Shown here piece by piece: positions 11,259 through 21,789 of a DNA stretch of 64,000 nucleotides. This stretch comes from an uncultured Chloroflexia bacterium (GTDB lineage: Bacteria > Chloroflexota > Chloroflexia > Thermomicrobiales > UBA6265). Location: positions 320,001 through 384,000 of the forward strand of contig CAVRUC010000013.1 in the NCBI GenBank assembly GCA_963724295.1, in the 5' to 3' direction. The first letter of the stretch is position 1. Each line of letters begins with the position of its first letter. The position numbers and the translations under genes are program-made. Below the pieces are notes generated by a model that was given only the letters and a program-made list of their open reading frames with translations, was not told the DNA's origin and searched no databases.

Positions 11259-11307
11259 CGTTGCCCTCTTGACAAATATGAATCTCTACTATAGATTGAT
11301 GTGCATC
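11259..11307 (+). promoter_or_regulatory. Sigma70-type promoter with putative CarH operator
   Basis: TTGACA (11269-11274), 17-bp spacer, TAGATT (11292-11297); homologous to the site at 24362-24410. Confidence 0.75.
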
Positions 11308-11364
11308 ACGGGTCGGTATCGACCGGATGTCTCTTCGTTTGGCAGCGTTGAAGGAGTCGAGTCG

Positions 11365-12162
11365 ATGCACGTTCGCAGGAGTTACGTCGCCGCGCTTGGG
11401 TTCGTTGGGTTCCTGGTTTTCGCATTGCTGCTCGGCGTCGCCCCGCGCGGCGTCTCAGCGCAGGATGCGATGGCTTCGCCGGTAGGCGCAGCAGACATGG
11501 GCAACTGTGTTGAAGCACTCGGCATTGGGCAAGCAGGCGATGCATGCCTCAATGTCATCCATGCCTCTCCGGACGCGCCCGCCGTCGACATCTACGTCGA
11601 TGGTGCGAAGGCGCTGGGTGATCTGGCCTTCGGTGCGACGTCCGGCTGGGTTGCCGTGCCGGCTGGTGAGCACCAGGTCCAGGTGACGGCCGCCGGCGCC
11701 GAGCTGGAGACAGCCGTAATCGACGCGGATGTCACCCTTGAAGAAGGCGCCGCGTACGAGGTTGCGGCCACCGGCCTGCTCGCCGAGATCGAGCCGCAGG
11801 TCTATCAGGTCAACCTCAGCGCAATCGGTTCCGAAGACGAGCCGATGGCCCGGGTTCGGGTGGTCCATGCGTCGCCCGATGCCCCGGCGGTTGATGTTGC
11901 CGTCAAGGGTGGAGAGGTCCTCATCGAGGATCTCGCCTTCCCTGAGGCCAGCGACTACCTCTCGGTTCCAGCCGCCAGCTACGACCTGGAAGTTCGGCCC
12001 ACGGGGACGACCGACGTTGCCCTGGACCTGCCCGGAGTCGCGTTCGACGCCGGCATGGTCTACAGCATCTACGCGATCGGCCAGACCGCTGATGACACAC
12101 TGACCGTGATCCCCGTGGTGGCCACGACGATGGCACCGGAAATGGCCACTCCGAGCGCCTAG
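11365..12162 (+). CDS. Secreted DUF4397 domain protein
   Basis: Signal peptide; two HASPDAPAVD repeats; AAGGAG RBS. Confidence 0.85.
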   Translation: MHVRRSYVAALGFVGFLVFALLLGVAPRGVSAQDAMASPVGAADMGNCVEALGIGQAGDACLNVIHASPDAPAVDIYVDGAKALGDLAFGATSGWVAVPAGEHQVQVTAAGAELETAVIDADVTLEEGAAYEVAATGLLAEIEPQVYQVNLSAIGSEDEPMARVRVVHASPDAPAVDVAVKGGEVLIEDLAFPEASDYLSVPAASYDLEVRPTGTTDVALDLPGVAFDAGMVYSIYAIGQTADDTLTVIPVVATTMAPEMATPSA

Positions 12163-12240
12163 GCAGCAAATAGGGCCAACCCAAGTGGCGCCCCGGCATC
12201 CTCGATGGAAGCTCGGGCGCCCTACCGCGAGGCAGCTAAC

Positions 12241-13689
12241 ATGACCGAGACAACACTTTCGTACCGTTCCCAGATCGCAGCGCCGGCTGCCGATGTCCTC
12301 GCCTGGCACAGCAACCCCGGCGCCTTCGAACGGCTCACGCCGCCCTGGATGAATGTCCGCGTCTTGGACGGCGTCGGTGGGATCGAGCCGGGCGATTGGA
12401 AGCGCCTGCGCGTTGGCGCCGGTCCGGTCGGCGTCCCCTGGACGCTTGTCCATGACAACGCGGAGGACGGCGCTGGCTTCGTCGACGAGCAGACAGACGG
12501 GCCGTTCGCATCCTGGCGGCACGAGCATCGGTTCGTGAGCGACGGTCCGGAGCGATCTGTGCTGGAGGACCGGATCACCTACCAGCTGCCCTTCGCGGCG
12601 GTTGGTCAACTCGTGGCCGGGCGCTTGTTCGAGCGTCGGCTCGAAGACTTGTTCCAGTTCCGACATCAGCGCACACAGATCGACCTTGCTCGCCACGCCG
12701 CCACCGGGTTGGCGCGGCCGCAGAGGATCGCGATCAGCGGCGCATCCGGGTTGGTCGGGACCCAGCTCGTCCCCTTCCTGCGGGCCGGGGGTCACGAAGT
12801 CGCGCGGCTTGTGCGCCGGGGACCGAACGCCGCCGACGAGATTGCCTGGGACCCGGGCACCGGCCAGATCGACGCCGCCTCACTTGAAGGGATGGATGCG
12901 GTGATCCACCTCGCCGGCGCCTCGATCGCCGGTGGACGCTGGACCAAAGCCCGGAAGGCAGACATCCTCAATAGCCGGTTGCAGGGGACGAGTCTGTTGG
13001 CGACAACCCTCACTCGACTCCAACGCCCGCCTCGCGTGCTCGTCTCCGCGTCAGGCATCGGGTACTACGGTGACGCCGGGAACGCTCCTTTGACCGAGGA
13101 CTCGCCGCAGGGCTCTGGCTTCCTTGCCGACGTGTGTCGGGCCTGGGAGGAGGCGACCGCGCCCGCCGCGGCATCCGGCATTCGGGTCGTGCTACCTCGC
13201 TTCGGGGTCGTGCTTGCCGGAAGCGGAGGTCTCCTCGCCAGGATGGTTCCGCTGTTCCGGTTCGGATTGGGAGGTCCACTCGGCAGCGGCGAGCAGTTCA
13301 TGAGCTGGATCGCCCTCGACGATCTGCTCGGCGTCCTCCTTCAGGCGATCGCCGACGACCGTCTGGTCGGCCCCGTGAATGCGGTCGCTCCGCATGCCGT
13401 GACCAATCATGCCTTCGCGGACACCCTCGGCCGCGTCCTTGGCCGGCCTGCTGTTCTGCGCGCACCAGCCCCGGCGCTGCGGCTAGCAGCGGGAGACCTT
13501 GCCGACGAACTGCTCCTGGCAAGCCAGCTGGCACGACCGGCCCGCCTGGAGGAAGTGGGATTCTCCTTCGCGTTCCCGACGCTCGAAGATGCGCTCCGGC
13601 ACGAACTGGGCCGCATCGACGGCGATCGTGGCGCCGAGATTCCCGCATCATCGTTGCGTTCCGCCGCTCAGCCGGGTCACTCGAGTTGA
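12241..13689 (+). CDS. SRPBCC domain + TIGR01777-type NAD-dependent epimerase fusion
   Basis: AFERLTPPW...GPFASWRHEH N-domain; GASGLVG, HLAGASI, GSGEQFMSWI. Confidence 0.88.
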   Translation: MTETTLSYRSQIAAPAADVLAWHSNPGAFERLTPPWMNVRVLDGVGGIEPGDWKRLRVGAGPVGVPWTLVHDNAEDGAGFVDEQTDGPFASWRHEHRFVSDGPERSVLEDRITYQLPFAAVGQLVAGRLFERRLEDLFQFRHQRTQIDLARHAATGLARPQRIAISGASGLVGTQLVPFLRAGGHEVARLVRRGPNAADEIAWDPGTGQIDAASLEGMDAVIHLAGASIAGGRWTKARKADILNSRLQGTSLLATTLTRLQRPPRVLVSASGIGYYGDAGNAPLTEDSPQGSGFLADVCRAWEEATAPAAASGIRVVLPRFGVVLAGSGGLLARMVPLFRFGLGGPLGSGEQFMSWIALDDLLGVLLQAIADDRLVGPVNAVAPHAVTNHAFADTLGRVLGRPAVLRAPAPALRLAAGDLADELLLASQLARPARLEEVGFSFAFPTLEDALRHELGRIDGDRGAEIPASSLRSAAQPGHSS

Positions 13690-13781
13690 TGGCGACCACG
13701 CTCCGGCTGGTGAGAGCCCCGCAGTGGTGGTCGACACGGAAGACCGCGGTCCGCAAAGAAGGATTCATTTTGGTGGGACCA

Positions 13782-14480
13782 ATGATCAACAGTATTCGCC
13801 TGGCGGTAGCCGCGCTGATGCTGGTCGTTTCGGGACTTGTACTTGCAGGAGAAGGGGTTATGGCACAGGCAGTAGAGGTTGAGCAGCCCTCGTTCGAGGT
13901 CATCGGTGGGGTCGGCCCGATCGAGATTCGGCAGTACGGCCCCCGGCTCGCCGCGGAGACCGACATGGGCCCGGGCTCCGGTATCGAGGCTGAGCAGGAG
14001 GCTGCCTTCATGACGCTGGCGGCCTTCATCTTTGGCCAGAACCGGCAAGGTCCCGCGGTGGCGATGACGGCCCCGGTCTCGGTCGAGAAGGTGACCGCGC
14101 CGATTGCGATGACAGCCCCGGTGGTGGTGGAGCCCGGTGAACGTGGCCGGGTCATGCGCTTCTTCATGCCCGCTGAGTACACCCTGGAGACGCTACCTCG
14201 ACCGGGCCACGACCGAGTCCGCATCGTCACCGTGCCCGCGCAGACGCTCGCGGTGCTGCGCTTCGCCGGTGAGGCCGATGACGACCGGGTCGCCGCGAAA
14301 AGTGCGGAACTGCTCACGGGTCTGGCTGGCAGCAATTGGGAACCGGTCGGCGAACCGGGATTCTTTGGCTATGACCCACCGATGACACCACCCGAGCTGC
14401 GCCGAAATGAGGTCTTTGTCGAGGTAGCAGCGGCCAGTTCGGCAATGGTTAGCCAGGCAAGGCACGGGAGGCCAGCGTGA
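13782..14480 (+). CDS. SOUL family heme-binding protein (secreted)
   Basis: EIRQY, FIFG.N, IAMTAPV, MRFFMP, YDPP..P..RRNEV; start inferred. Confidence 0.88.
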   Translation: MINSIRLAVAALMLVVSGLVLAGEGVMAQAVEVEQPSFEVIGGVGPIEIRQYGPRLAAETDMGPGSGIEAEQEAAFMTLAAFIFGQNRQGPAVAMTAPVSVEKVTAPIAMTAPVVVEPGERGRVMRFFMPAEYTLETLPRPGHDRVRIVTVPAQTLAVLRFAGEADDDRVAAKSAELLTGLAGSNWEPVGEPGFFGYDPPMTPPELRRNEVFVEVAAASSAMVSQARHGRPA

Positions 14481-14869
14481 CACTCACCGAAGAGGTGGTC
14501 GCGCTTCTACGCCAGGCAAGTCCATGCTACCTCGCCACATCGATGGCTGATGGTTCGCCGCAGGTGACGCAGACGTGGGGCGACACCGACGGTGAGCACG
14601 TGCTCATCAATAGCGTGCACGGCCATGTGAAGGTCCGCAACATCGCGCGAGACCCGCGTGTGGCCGTGGCGATCGCTGACCCGGAGTCTCCATCGCGCTA
14701 CATCCAGGTGCGCGGCCGTGTGCGCGAGGTCACGACCGAAGGCGCGGTGGAGCACATCGAAAAGCTGGCCCAGAAATACCTCGGCACCCCATACCCCTGG
14801 TACGGCGATCGCGACCAGGTGCGCGTGATCATCGTCATCGAGCCTGAGCGGATTAGCAGTATGGGATAG
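14477..14869 (+). CDS. PPOX-class F420-dependent oxidoreductase
   Basis: LATSMADGSPQVT.W, KVRNIARDPRV motifs. Confidence 0.88.
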   Translation: MTLTEEVVALLRQASPCYLATSMADGSPQVTQTWGDTDGEHVLINSVHGHVKVRNIARDPRVAVAIADPESPSRYIQVRGRVREVTTEGAVEHIEKLAQKYLGTPYPWYGDRDQVRVIIVIEPERISSMG

Positions 14870-14994
14870 AGGTGTTCTTGGGTAAGCCGTCGTTGCCGAT
14901 GCCTTGCCGACGTGATTTCGGATGAGATGGCACAGCACCTGCGCTACGAGGGCGCGTGGATGAACCGACAGGCGGACTGGAGAGACTACGAGTC

Positions 14995-15582
14995 ATGACG
15001 AATCAGAGCAGTTCAGACGTGCAGGAGAAGCACGCAACGACGATTGCCGACTATGTGGGCGACATGGTGGCGCTTGAGTCCCACATCGAAGAGGCTCTCG
15101 ATCGCCAACTGACCGAGACCCAGGATGATGCGATGGCGTGGGCCGCCGTCCAGGACTTCCACGACCTGGTCAAGCAGCACCGGGACACGCTCAAAGCTCT
15201 GCAGGAGCAGGTCGGCACGACCGCGGGCAACCCCATCATCGAAGCCGGGTCCACCCTGCTGGGCAAAGCGGCCGGGGTCATCGATCTGGTGCGCACCGAA
15301 GGCATCTCCAAGTCACTGCGTGATGACTACGCGGCCTTCAGTCTGGCCGCCATCAGCTACTCGATGCTGCATACGACCTCACTGGGTCTCGGCAACCCGC
15401 GGGTGGCCTCGCTGGCCGAGCGGCATCTGACCGACTATGCCGGAGCCATCGAGCGCATCAACGAGATCATGCCCGGGGTCGTGGAGCGTGAGCTGGCCAA
15501 GGACGGCCACCAGACGGACGCTGCCGCGGTTGGGGAAACCCGTTCGATCGTGGCCAAGGCATGGAAGGTCGCCGAGCACTAG
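14995..15582 (+). CDS. Ferritin-like protein (DUF892/YciE-like); paralog of 63085-63672
   Basis: DMVALESHIEEAL, LRDDY, Y..LHT four-helix pattern. Confidence 0.75.
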   Translation: MTNQSSSDVQEKHATTIADYVGDMVALESHIEEALDRQLTETQDDAMAWAAVQDFHDLVKQHRDTLKALQEQVGTTAGNPIIEAGSTLLGKAAGVIDLVRTEGISKSLRDDYAAFSLAAISYSMLHTTSLGLGNPRVASLAERHLTDYAGAIERINEIMPGVVERELAKDGHQTDAAAVGETRSIVAKAWKVAEH

Positions 15583-15611
15583 ATTGCTCGGGACTTGAAA
15601 GGAGCAACAAG

Positions 15612-15839
15612 ATGGCAGACGCGAAGGACCAGGCGGCCGAGGTGCAGCAAACGTTCTTCCGCATTACCGACAACGTTCCGGAGGAGGCCTGGTACTGGGC
15701 GGCGCTGGGATCAATCGGGGTCTCGGCGATGCTCAAGCTCTCTGGCAAGGACGATTGGGCCATCTTCGTCGGGCAGTGGCCGCCGACGTTCATCCTCTTT
15801 GGCCTCTACCACCGGCTAATCCGACCCAGCGCCCGCTAG
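15612..15839 (+). CDS. Small membrane protein of unknown function
   Basis: AAGGAG RBS; two hydrophobic segments, FVGQWPPT motif. Confidence 0.7.
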   Translation: MADAKDQAAEVQQTFFRITDNVPEEAWYWAALGSIGVSAMLKLSGKDDWAIFVGQWPPTFILFGLYHRLIRPSAR

Positions 15840-15972
15840 TCACGTGCATGTCGGAGCTGAGTGGAATGCAACGAGGTCGCGCCAGCGCCGTTTGCGTTTC
15901 GGACCTCCCGCCGAGAAACGTTTCCCGGCACCACCTTTTCCGGAGAGCATCATGGGCGCTGGGTAGTACTGG

Positions 15973-17094
15973 ATGAGACCTGCTATGGGCATAACGACTA
16001 TGAGGAGACGTGCCACCGGCGCGGCAACAAAGAATGGACGCCCAGCGGCCCGCACTGAGCCGATAGACCACGTGCAACGGAAGCGGGACCACCTGCGCAT
16101 CGTCGTCGACGAGGTGGTCAGCGCGCCTGGCGTTACGACGGGTCTCGAGCGATATCGACTCGTGCATCGAGCCCTGCCGGAACTCGACCTGGCTGCAATC
16201 GACACCTGTTCCCGGTTCCTCGGGCACGCGCTGCGCGTTCCCCTCCTCATTTCCGGCATGACCGGCGGGGTAGAACGTGGAGCCGAAATCAACCTCCGCC
16301 TTGCCGCGGCCGCTCAGGCGGTCGGTTGCGCGATGGGGGTCGGCTCGCAGCGCGTTGCCCTGGAGGACCCGTCGCGCGCACCAACGTTCCGAGTCCGCGA
16401 TGTCGCGCCGGACATTCTTCTGTTCGCCAATCTGGGAGCCGTCCAGCTGAACTATGGCTACGGCCCCGACCACTGCCGGCGGGCAATGGAGATGATCGAC
16501 GCCGATGCGCTCGTCTTCCACCTCAACCCGCTGCAAGAGGCACTGCAGGTGGGCGGCAACACAAACTGGGTCGGGATCCTGCGCGGCATCGAGTCCGTCT
16601 GCGCGAAACTCCAAGCCCCGGTGATCGTCAAGGAGGTGGGTTGGGGCATCTCCGCCGAGGTTGCGCGGCAACTGGTCGACGCCGGCGTGGCCGCGATCGA
16701 TATCGGAGGCGCGGGCGGCACCTCCTGGAGCGAGGTTGAACGTCACCGCGCTCCCACGGACCGCCTGCGCCGCGTTGCCGGTGCTTTTGGCGCCTGGGGG
16801 ATCCCCACGGCAGATAGCGTTGTGATGGTTCGCGCGGTGGCCCCGGATGTGCCACTCATTGCCAGTGGAGGTCTGCGCAGCGGCGTCGAAGCGGCGACGG
16901 CAATCGCTCTCGGGGCGGACCTGGTTGGGTTTGCCGCGCCGCTCCTGCGGGCAGCCGCCGTATCAGAGACAGGCGCGCTTGAGATGCTGACCGCGTTAGT
17001 CGACGAGCTCCGCGTGAGCATGTTCTGCTGCGGTGCGGGCGATCTTGGCCAGCTCAAGCGCATCGAGACCATGAGCGACGGCCCGACGCGGTGA
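15973..17094 (+). CDS. fni: Type 2 isopentenyl-diphosphate delta-isomerase
   Basis: RKRDH, SGMTGG, GVGSQR, HLNPLQE, KEVG.G, GGTSW; exact start uncertain. Confidence 0.95.
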   Translation: MRPAMGITTMRRRATGAATKNGRPAARTEPIDHVQRKRDHLRIVVDEVVSAPGVTTGLERYRLVHRALPELDLAAIDTCSRFLGHALRVPLLISGMTGGVERGAEINLRLAAAAQAVGCAMGVGSQRVALEDPSRAPTFRVRDVAPDILLFANLGAVQLNYGYGPDHCRRAMEMIDADALVFHLNPLQEALQVGGNTNWVGILRGIESVCAKLQAPVIVKEVGWGISAEVARQLVDAGVAAIDIGGAGGTSWSEVERHRAPTDRLRRVAGAFGAWGIPTADSVVMVRAVAPDVPLIASGGLRSGVEAATAIALGADLVGFAAPLLRAAAVSETGALEMLTALVDELRVSMFCCGAGDLGQLKRIETMSDGPTR

Positions 17095-18083
17095 TGAGAT
17101 CGTTGACGGGCGCCGCCGATCTGGCGGCCACCGATCGCACCCGGCCGGAATGGAGCGCTTCGGTGTACCGGGACTCGGCTGCGTTGGACTCGCCCGGGAC
17201 GCTGGCCGCGGTGGCGGGCGATGCGATCGAGTGGCGACTGTGCGCGGCGATTGCACGCTCCTCCGGCCGGAGCTTCTTCCTGGCGAGCCACTGTTTGCCT
17301 CCAGACCGACGGCGGGCGATCCACGCGACCTACGCCTATTGCCGGATTGCCGATGACATCGCCGACCATTCCACTGACGCCGCTTCCGCCGCACTCGCGC
17401 TCGATGCCTGGGGGCGCCAGCTCGCGGCCCCGACGCATCCCGTTGCGGTCGCGTTCGCGGCCGCGCGCGCTCAGTACGGGGTGCCGGCGACGCCCGCTCG
17501 GGATCTCATCACGGGAGTCCGGATGGATCTCGGCACGTGCCGATTTGCGACCTGGGACGAGCTCCGGAATTACTGCTATCACGTCGCGGGTACGGTCGGC
17601 CTCATGGTGGCGCCGATCCTCGGGTGTGAGGATGACGCCGCGTTGCCACATGCAGTCGATCTCGGAATCGCCATGCAGCTCACAAACATCATGCGCGATG
17701 TCGGCGAGGATGCTCGCCGCGGTCGACTCTACCTTCCGCTCGACGAGCTGGCGGCATTCGGCTGCGACCCTGAGGCGATTCTGGGTGGACGACCGAGCGG
17801 TCGATTTCGCGAGCTGCTCGCCTTTCAGGCGGCTCGCGCGCGTGACCTCTATGTCGAAGCGCGACGTGGAATCCCGGCGTTGTCACCTGCCGGGCGACTG
17901 ACCACGCTGGCGGCGAGCGAGTTCTATGCCACGATCCTCACGGCGATCGAAGAGCGGGACTATGACGTCTTCGGCGCACGGGCGTATGTTCCTAACGGCC
18001 GCAAGCTTGGTGCGCTTCCCAGTGTCGCCGCCGATTTTGTCCGCTTTACATGGCCCCTGAGCGCAACTCGAGACAAGGGATGA
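17091..18083 (+). CDS. crtB: Phytoene synthase
   Basis: [46 protein letters not shown]. Confidence 0.93.
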   Translation: MMRSLTGAADLAATDRTRPEWSASVYRDSAALDSPGTLAAVAGDAIEWRLCAAIARSSGRSFFLASHCLPPDRRRAIHATYAYCRIADDIADHSTDAASAALALDAWGRQLAAPTHPVAVAFAAARAQYGVPATPARDLITGVRMDLGTCRFATWDELRNYCYHVAGTVGLMVAPILGCEDDAALPHAVDLGIAMQLTNIMRDVGEDARRGRLYLPLDELAAFGCDPEAILGGRPSGRFRELLAFQAARARDLYVEARRGIPALSPAGRLTTLAASEFYATILTAIEERDYDVFGARAYVPNGRKLGALPSVAADFVRFTWPLSATRDKG

Positions 18084-18121
18084 CCGGACTCGATGCGGCA
18101 TTGCGCTCGCATTGGCCGGTC

Positions 18122-19627
18122 CTAGCCGTCCCCCGCCGCGGCGATCAAGTCGTCCACGATCTTGGCCGAGCAGAGTACACCCGGAAGGCCGGCGCCGGGA
18201 TGCGTTCCAGCACCGACAAAGTAGAGATTCGGCAGGTCTTCGGCGCGATTGTGCGGGCGGAAGTACGCCGATTGGGTCAGGATCGGCTCGATGGAGAAAG
18301 CCGAGCCCAGATAGCTGTTGAGTGTATCGCGGAAATGGCGCGGGTCGATCATGTGCTCGGTGACCAGGTGCGAGGAGAGACCAGGCAGGAACCGATCTTC
18401 GAGGAAGTTCATGATGCGGTCGCGATACGGCCGCGCCGCCTGTGCCCAATCGGTGCCACCACCAAGATGTGGTACAGGAGCAAGCACATAGAACGCCTCG
18501 CAGCCCGGTGGCGCCAGCGTGGGGTCGGTCAGCGTCGGCATGTGCAGATAGAGCGAGAAGTCGTCGCTCAAGACTTTTCTCTGGAAGATGTCCGTCAGCA
18601 GTCCCTCGTAGCGCGGTCCCAGGATGATGTCGTGGTGGGCGAGTACCGGTCCATCGCCGCCCCGGTACTGCCGGTCCGTCCCGAAGTAGATGACAACCAG
18701 CGACATCGAATAGTGCAGCCGCTCGAGCTTGCGGTCGGAGTAGCTGGGCCGCGCCGATCGCGGCAGAAGGTCAGCGTATGCCCCGGCCACGTCCGCGTTG
18801 CAGACGACGATATCGGCAAGCAGTTCCTCACCATTAGTGAGGCCGACACCGGTCACCCGGCCGTCGCTGACCAGGATTTGCCCGACTTCGGCATTGAGCC
18901 GAATGCTGCCACCCAGCTCGGTCAGGAGCCGAGCCATGGCGTCGACAACAGCGCCCGTTCCGCCCAGCGCGTACCACACCCCCCACTCGCGCTCCAGATA
19001 GTGAATCAGGGTGTAGATGCTCGTCGTCTGGAACGGGTTACCACCGACCAGCAGGGGGTGAAACGACAAGACCTGGCGCAGCCGCTCATTCTGAACGTAG
19101 CGAGAGACGAACCCGTAGACGGAGCGATAGCTCCCCAGGCGCAGCAGATCGGGGACGATCTTGACCATGTCCCAGACGCGCAGAAAGGGAACGGTCGCCA
19201 GCTCCGTGAAGCCCTTGGCGAAGATGCGCTCGCTGCGCCGGACGAACTCCAGATAGCCCTCGACATCGGCCGCATCGGCACCGAGGCGGAGGATCTCCGT
19301 CCTCATCCGCTGCTCGTCCCCCGAATAGTCGAAGTGCGCCCCGTCCGGGAAGAAGATGCGGTAGAACGGATCGACGGGAACGAGCGTGAGGTAGTCCTCC
19401 GCCCGGCGACCGGTGAGAGTGAACAGCTCGGTGATCAGCCAGGGCGCGGTGATGACCGTCGGACCACCATCAAAGGTGAATCCGTCCTGGCGATAGACGT
19501 AGGCCCGACCACCCGGTTGATCGCGCTTCTCGAGCACGGTGACGTGATGCCCATGGGCCGCCAGGCGGATGGCCGCTGCCAGTCCGCCGAACCCGCTCCC
19601 GATGACGATCACGCGTTGCGTTACCAC
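18122..19627 (-). CDS. crtI: Phytoene desaturase
   Basis: IGSGFGGL, FDGGPTVIT, NLYFVGAGTHPGAGLPGV; GTG start with GGAGG RBS. Confidence 0.95.
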   Translation of the reverse strand: MVTQRVIVIGSGFGGLAAAIRLAAHGHHVTVLEKRDQPGGRAYVYRQDGFTFDGGPTVITAPWLITELFTLTGRRAEDYLTLVPVDPFYRIFFPDGAHFDYSGDEQRMRTEILRLGADAADVEGYLEFVRRSERIFAKGFTELATVPFLRVWDMVKIVPDLLRLGSYRSVYGFVSRYVQNERLRQVLSFHPLLVGGNPFQTTSIYTLIHYLEREWGVWYALGGTGAVVDAMARLLTELGGSIRLNAEVGQILVSDGRVTGVGLTNGEELLADIVVCNADVAGAYADLLPRSARPSYSDRKLERLHYSMSLVVIYFGTDRQYRGGDGPVLAHHDIILGPRYEGLLTDIFQRKVLSDDFSLYLHMPTLTDPTLAPPGCEAFYVLAPVPHLGGGTDWAQAARPYRDRIMNFLEDRFLPGLSSHLVTEHMIDPRHFRDTLNSYLGSAFSIEPILTQSAYFRPHNRAEDLPNLYFVGAGTHPGAGLPGVLCSAKIVDDLIAAAGDG

Positions 19628-19758
19628 TTGCCTCCGTCTTGGGAGAGGTCGGTGCTGCGGGTCCCTCACACGTACCACAGGCTACCGAGTTGTCGGCCCA
19701 CCGTCGAGGTGTGGCCGTTCGTTGCCCCGGACCGGAGCGACGCCCCGAGTCCAGCAGC

Positions 19759-20904
19759 ATGAACCTCACCAGGTTCTTCGCGATGCTGGCGCTGGTGCAA
19801 ACCCTGGCAGGCTTGAAGGTGATTCTGCGATTGGTGCGGTCAGCGCGCGGCGAGCGAATCGAGGCCAGAGTTGTGCCGCTGCCGGAGGAGCGCGTCACGG
19901 TCCTGGTTCCGGTCTTGAACGAGCGCAGCAGGCTGAGCCCATGCCTGGCCGGATTGATCGCCCAGCCCAGCGAAGTCTCCAAGATTCTCGTCGTCGATGG
20001 CGGATCGAGCGATGGCACTCAGGATCTCGTGGCAACATTCGCCGCCCGCGACAGTCGAGTGCGCATGGTGGACGCCAGCCCGATACCGACAGGCTGGAAT
20101 GGGAAAGCCCATGGACTTCAGGTTGGTCTCGATCACGCTGATCCGTGCTCTGCATGGATTCTCACCGTCGATGCCGACGTTCGTCCCGCGCCGGATCTTG
20201 TTCGATCACTGCTGTCGCATGCTGTCCGATCGGATGTGGCGGCAGTCAGTATCGCGACCACCCAGAGGCTTTCGGGAGTGGCTGAGGGTATCGTTCATCC
20301 CGCGTTGCTCACGACGCTGGTCTACCGGTTCGGTATCCCCGGGCACACGACGCGTCGAGTCGCAGCAGTGCAAGCCAACGGGCAATGCGCGCTCTATCGG
20401 CGCGAGCCGCTCGAGCGCAGCGGCGGGTTCACCACCGCCCGGGCATCTGTCTGCGAGGATGTGACCGTCGCCCGGGCGCTTGCGACCAACGGCTATGCAG
20501 TGGGCTTCCATGAGGCAGACGGTCTCGCCTCCGTGGACATGTACGAAAGCTGGAGCGACGCCTGGAAGAACTGGACTCGGTCCTTGCCGCTGCGTGATCG
20601 GTACGCTGGTCGCGCGGGCTGGCTGGGATTGACCGAAGTCGTGCTCGCTCAGGCGCTGCCACTCCCGATACTGCTCATGCTGTGGCGATCTGTGCCACGG
20701 CCACGGTTTGCGCTGGCGATCAATGGCTTGCTGGTATTGGTCCGACTCGGCGTACTCGGCGGGACCGCTCGCGCGTATGCGTGGCGGCCCTGGACGTACT
20801 GGCTGTCGCCGCTGGCTGATCTGCCGGTGGCCGTTCAGCTCTGGCGCAACGCACTACAACGGACACACGTCTGGCGAGGGCGAATACTGGTCCGTGGAGG
20901 CTAG
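19759..20904 (+). CDS. Family 2 glycosyltransferase (carotenoid glycosyltransferase, CruG/CruC-like)
   Basis: PVLNE, VDGGSSDGT, GWNGK, DAD, ANGQC, ED motifs; carotenoid gene context. Confidence 0.85.
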   Translation: MNLTRFFAMLALVQTLAGLKVILRLVRSARGERIEARVVPLPEERVTVLVPVLNERSRLSPCLAGLIAQPSEVSKILVVDGGSSDGTQDLVATFAARDSRVRMVDASPIPTGWNGKAHGLQVGLDHADPCSAWILTVDADVRPAPDLVRSLLSHAVRSDVAAVSIATTQRLSGVAEGIVHPALLTTLVYRFGIPGHTTRRVAAVQANGQCALYRREPLERSGGFTTARASVCEDVTVARALATNGYAVGFHEADGLASVDMYESWSDAWKNWTRSLPLRDRYAGRAGWLGLTEVVLAQALPLPILLMLWRSVPRPRFALAINGLLVLVRLGVLGGTARAYAWRPWTYWLSPLADLPVAVQLWRNALQRTHVWRGRILVRGG

Positions 20905-20916
20905 AGGGAATTCAGA

Positions 20917-21789
20917 ATGAAACTCGCGTCGTTGCTTCTCGCCGGCCACCTCGCCGCGTTGGTGTTCGGGCTCGCCGGGCTCCTGATCGCGCTGCCGAAT
21001 CCCCAGTGGTGGTCGGGGGATAAAAATGCCGTTCGGGTCTTCGAGTTCGGGATGCAGTACGCGGGCGCGGCGCACATCGTTCTCGGCGCGGCAGCGGTCT
21101 TCATTTACGGGTGGGCGATCCTCGGCGCGCGTCGCACCATCATCTTTTTCCTCGTCTCGACGGTCCTCTCGCTCAGCTCCGAACTGATCGGCACCGGTAC
21201 CGGCTGGCCCTTCGGCAATTACGAGTACACCGCGTTTCTTGGCTACAAGCTTCTCGACCGGGTGCCGTTTTCGATCCCACTTTCCTGGTTCTCGATGGGG
21301 CTCGTCTCCTACCTGTTGGGAAGTCTCCTCGCGGCCAGACTTGGCGGGCAGCGGACGCTCTGGTCACTGGTACTTGGCGTCTGGCTGCTGACCGCCTGGG
21401 ATCTCGTGCTCGATCCCGCGATGGCGGATCCTGGCATGCGCGTGCAGTTTTGGACCTGGCACGAAACCGGTGCCTACTTCGGAATGCCGGTCCAGAACCT
21501 GGTGGGGTGGTCGCTGACGGGGCTGCTCTACATGGGATTGAGCCGGCTCCTCTGGGGCGGTGACCTCGACGTCGGACGCATCATGGGGACTGCGTGGTTT
21601 CCATTCACCGTGTACGTGGCAAATGTCATCTTCGCCATGGCATTGAGTCTGGGCGCTGGCCTCTGGCCGCCGGTCCTGCTCGCGGCGCTCGCGGGTTTGC
21701 TGCCAGCAGCCCTGGCTCTACGCGCGCACTGGCCACCCCTCCTGCCGTCGCTCGGGGAACGGATGTGGCGCACCACGCCGAGCCGCTAA
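20917..21789 (+). CDS. cruF: Carotenoid 1,2-hydratase CruF-like (DUF422) membrane protein
   Basis: ELIG..TG.PFG.Y.Y, VPFSIPLSWF, AWDLVLDP, GMP.QN..GW. Confidence 0.85.
   Translation: MKLASLLLAGHLAALVFGLAGLLIALPNPQWWSGDKNAVRVFEFGMQYAGAAHIVLGAAAVFIYGWAILGARRTIIFFLVSTVLSLSSELIGTGTGWPFGNYEYTAFLGYKLLDRVPFSIPLSWFSMGLVSYLLGSLLAARLGGQRTLWSLVLGVWLLTAWDLVLDPAMADPGMRVQFWTWHETGAYFGMPVQNLVGWSLTGLLYMGLSRLLWGGDLDVGRIMGTAWFPFTVYVANVIFAMALSLGAGLWPPVLLAALAGLLPAALALRAHWPPLLPSLGERMWRTTPSR

Noticed and set aside
11166..11364. Long ORF-track starts for carH (11258) and the DUF4397 gene (11227)
   Set aside because: They would overlap each other and the promoter; downstream ATGs at 11165 and 11365 have clear RBSs
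19628..19758. CarH operator in the crtI/glycosyltransferase divergent region
   Set aside because: No match to the AT-rich motif seen at 11259 and 24410, so direct control of these genes is unsupported
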